A DNA stretch of 64,000 nucleotides, from contig NW_024704742.1 of the NCBI RefSeq assembly GCF_018977255.1, positions 21,640,001 through 21,704,000 on the forward strand, read 5' to 3'. Below the pieces are notes generated by a model. That model did not search any database. It saw nothing but the letters and a program-made list of their open reading frames with translations, and had not been told where the DNA came from. Shown piece by piece: positions 60,738-64,000 of this stretch. Numbering within the stretch: position 1 is the stretch's first letter; each line of letters opens with the position of its first letter. The position numbers and the translations under genes were made by a program. The DNA comes from Callorhinchus milii. Taxonomy: Eukaryota.

Positions 60738-61900
60738 CTATATTGTTCCATTGTATGTCTTTTGGATTGAAAGGTTGGAAATATCATGCTTATTACTTTC
60801 ACAGCTCCACTCAGTTTGCCAAGCTCATGCTCTTAGCTTTTATGTTAGTCAAGAGGTCTTGGAGTCTTAGCCATATTTATACTTACAGCCTTTCGCCAGT
60901 ATTAAAGTGGTATTGATCTCATAACTGTACAACTCTGCCAATATAAACCTTCCGTGAGCTATAAAAACTGCTTTGACTGTGGTATAAAACTTACCACCCA
61001 AGAGTTGGCTTTCGGAAGGCATCAAACCAACATTGTGTAGGTAAGAGTACCTGTAGCACTGAAGCTGGTGTGGACATTCCATGACATTCATGCAACTGGC
61101 AGTAAAGTAGAACAGATTGTAATATCTTTTCATAATCACTGTGGGTCAGTAAAACTTAATACTTAGGAAAAGTACATCTGTGCTTATTGGGGAGAGTGGA
61201 GTTCCTTGCAATTAAAACAATATTTTATTTTCTAATAACCCCAGTAATCCACATGTGTGACCATTTTAGCCTCAATAGATGACTCTCCCAACCCCAAAGT
61301 TCGTCTTCTTTTGCAGAAACAAACATAGAAGTGCAAGAACACCCGAAAAGAGAGGCCTGTAAAAGTGAAATGCATTTGCCATACAGATTGTTTCGGACTC
61401 TGGCCAGAATCCTATTGATGGTCTATGTCAATACTTTTGGACTTAGACTTCTCCCTCCACTCAGGGCAGTCATTGCTACATGGGTTCATGTTCTGTTTGT
61501 GATTGAAGTATCAATTGCCAAACATCCTAGTGAGCCAGAGTGACTTGACCTGCTTTGAACATTCCCAATTCCAGTTAACAAATTCATTGAAATATCCTTA
61601 CGTTTAAAGTCTGTTGCGGAAGATGTTTTGCATGTTAAATTTTTTCGTCCCCAAAAAGCAAGAGGAATCCAACAGGATTTTTCAGATATGTTATGAAACA
61701 GCATTTGTAAAGCAAATACAGTAAAACTCACATAAGTCTGATCTATATATATGTCATGTTCATGAGTTCATATTCTATGCAAGTTTGACATAACTTATAC
61801 TTTGCATAAGTCATATTAAATGCGTGATTCCAACTGATAATAACTTATGTGAGGTTTACTGTACAGTAGCAGCAACCTGTTTTTTTGCCTATAATTTCAG

Positions 61901-62043
61901 ACAACTGATGAGCCTCCAACAAAACCCTTTAAACAAACAGTGGCAAGAAAGAGCCTTGTGCCTCAGCAGCAGCGCCATGTGCAGGAACTCACTTACTGGT
62001 CAAATCTGGGGAAGTGTTTTAGCATTTGGAGAAGATGAACTAG
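61901..62043 (+). CDS. HHIP: HHIP coding exon 10
   Basis: tttcag|A; QLMSLQQNPLNKQWQERALCLSSSAMCRNSLTGQIWGSVLAFGEDEL; donor G|GTAAT; 143 nt. Confidence 0.95.
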
Positions 62044-62059
62044 GTAATGAACTCTATAT

Positions 62060-62176
62060 TTTGTCAGAGGTGCCGTCCTTCGGATGAGACGTTAAACCGA
62101 GGTCCCGTCTGCCTGTTCACGTAGACGTTAAAGATCCCATGTTACTACTCGAAAAGAGAAGTGAGTTTCTCCCGGT
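62060..62176 (+). mobile_element. Deu-domain SINE fragment just downstream of the exon 10 donor
   Basis: gaggtgccgtccttcggatgagacgttaaaccgaggtcc...aaagatcccat. Confidence 0.85.
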
Positions 62177-62774
62177 ATATATTGTATTGATTGTATATTA
62201 AACAAATACTCATTATGTGATGGAAGATCACATGTGGGTTCAGTTTGCTAACAAAGCACTCAAATTTCTCTCGCATGGTTTATGATCTTGTTTGAACCTT
62301 GTTACATTGCTGCATTGTAATCCAGTGTCATCTGTCCAGTGTCCAATATATTTACTCTATATATAACCAACCATATTAATTTTCAACAGTGCTGTTGCTG
62401 TGTAACATAAATATGATTTACAATGTCACGAAGAGTGTTTCTAAAGAAGGCAAACAAAATCAGGAAAATATATATTGATGCCAAATATGGCTTCTGGATT
62501 TTTAAGGTTTCATTTGCAACTACAAGGTGATTCAAATGATTTGTTCTTAGACAATTTTACTGACTGTTTCCAAAACAATTTACACTTAACAATCACTGCT
62601 CCTGTAATTAGCTGCAAGAAGAGTATGGCAACATTGCAATTCATTATACAAATGTGGCAATTAAAGAAAATACTTTTTAAAAAGTATATACTGTATAAAG
62701 CTTTAATATTATTCATTGTACATATAAATAAAAATAGAACAAAATACCGACATTGGTACTTTGGCAATAACTCC

Positions 62775-62950
62775 CCAGAGAAAATTGGTCATTCACTTCA
62801 CGACTGTTTGTGGAACGTTGCTGTGTACAAATTGGCTGCCGCTTTTGTCTAGAAATACACTGTCAAATACATTGTACAGTAAATTCTGTGAAGCCCTTTG
62901 AGACATTTTGACGACATAAGGTGCTATATCAAATGCAGAGATTATTATTA
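62775..62950 (+). mobile_element. SINE 3' fragment (Deu part and tail)
   Basis: aaattggtcattcac...ctgtttgtgg...aattggctgcc...gtgctatatcaaatgcag. Confidence 0.75.
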
Positions 62951-63859
62951 TTGTTTCAAGAACAGAATAATCAGCGTTGCTGTTGTCCATCAATACAACG
63001 TAATCTGATGGTCTTTGACGCAGCAACATTATTTTGGGCTGCCATCAGCCCCATCTGCAACAATGTTGTATCTTTTTGTGCATCTGCCAAACAGTCTCAA
63101 AAAGTGAGTTTACTGTATTTTGGTAACTTCAAATTAATTTACGAATATTCTAAGAAAATATGAGGGAGGATCACATATAAGCAATTCTGATACACAACAA
63201 AAATGAAGTGTTAATGTAGCCTGACAAGTGTTTGGCAAGATCTTTTTAAAGAAAACTTTTATGAAGTAGTGAATCATCACATCTGTATCTATTGAAAAGA
63301 ATTGGCCACTGTGCTGAGATTTCACAGATTACTCCTATTGAAACAGCTGTGAGTGTGGTTTTCTTTAATGGACTGACCTCACTGAATAATTATGGACATG
63401 CAAAGCTTTAGTTCCAAGGAGTAGCATTCATGTGACAAGCAGAAACATTTCGTGGGTAACTGTACCAATGTAAATATAGACCTATTTAAAATAACATTTT
63501 CTCAAAAATACCTTATAAGTTTTATGCAAACCTTTATCTGGTGACTCACATTTTTTTTAAAACAAGGTACACTATATATATAAATATATATTCAGTCTTG
63601 TCCATTAGTAAAAAATTACCTTGTAATTAATCAATGCTAAAATAAACTTTTGGTCAATACAGGATTCAGTATTTTAGCTTATAGAAAGGTAAACTTTTTG
63701 AAAGGAAATGAGAGAATCTCTAAGCATGTACTTAGATCTTATCTGAAAGTTTTTTTAAAAAGTGTTTTTTGGAAAGGGTTTTGTGTAATCCATCGCCAAA
63801 TGGTAATGTTTTGCATTGAATGGAGGTAATGTTTGAAATCCTTTCATTTGTCTCTACAG

Positions 63860-63941
63860 GTGAGGTCTACATATTGGCGAGCATTAAGAGCAGGACTCAA
63901 TCACCCAGTGGGAAGCTCTACAAACTGATTGACCCCAAAAG
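63860..63941 (+). CDS. HHIP: HHIP coding exon 11 (gene continues beyond window)
   Basis: ctacag|GT; GEVYILASIKSRTQSPSGKLYKLIDPKR; donor AG|GTACA; 82 nt. Confidence 0.95.
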
Positions 63942-64000
63942 GTACAGCCGTAGCAAAATGCTCAGGGAGCGCATAGTTGTTCGCTTTAGGCAACACATGG

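Overview
Vertebrate genomic DNA, most likely a cartilaginous fish and plausibly a holocephalan (inferred from the SINE/L2/CR1/Penelope repeat content). The window carries the + strand gene HHIP (hedgehog-interacting protein). Coding exons 1-11 are recoverable with GT-AG boundaries and a continuous frame (11186-63941, 1760 coding nt); the EGF-domain and C-terminal exons lie beyond the window. Introns are dense in Deu-domain SINEs, tRNA-Ala-headed CORE-like SINEs, an older third SINE family, and L2, CR1 and Penelope-like relics. Exon 1 sits in an unusual ~6 kb island of five different tandem repeats. I see no prokaryote-type system (no CRISPR, no operon) and no wholly new gene. The best leads are regulatory or RNA-level: a triple-RUNX plus GLI cluster in intron 1, a candidate 5'UTR intron enclosing a C-rich minisatellite, a splice-signal-like minisatellite just after the exon 1 donor, an exon 10 read-through that mimics exon 11, and several hairpin/foldback elements. 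Repeat coordinates are approximate. Comparisons to human HHIP and repeat family names are from recall, not from a search.
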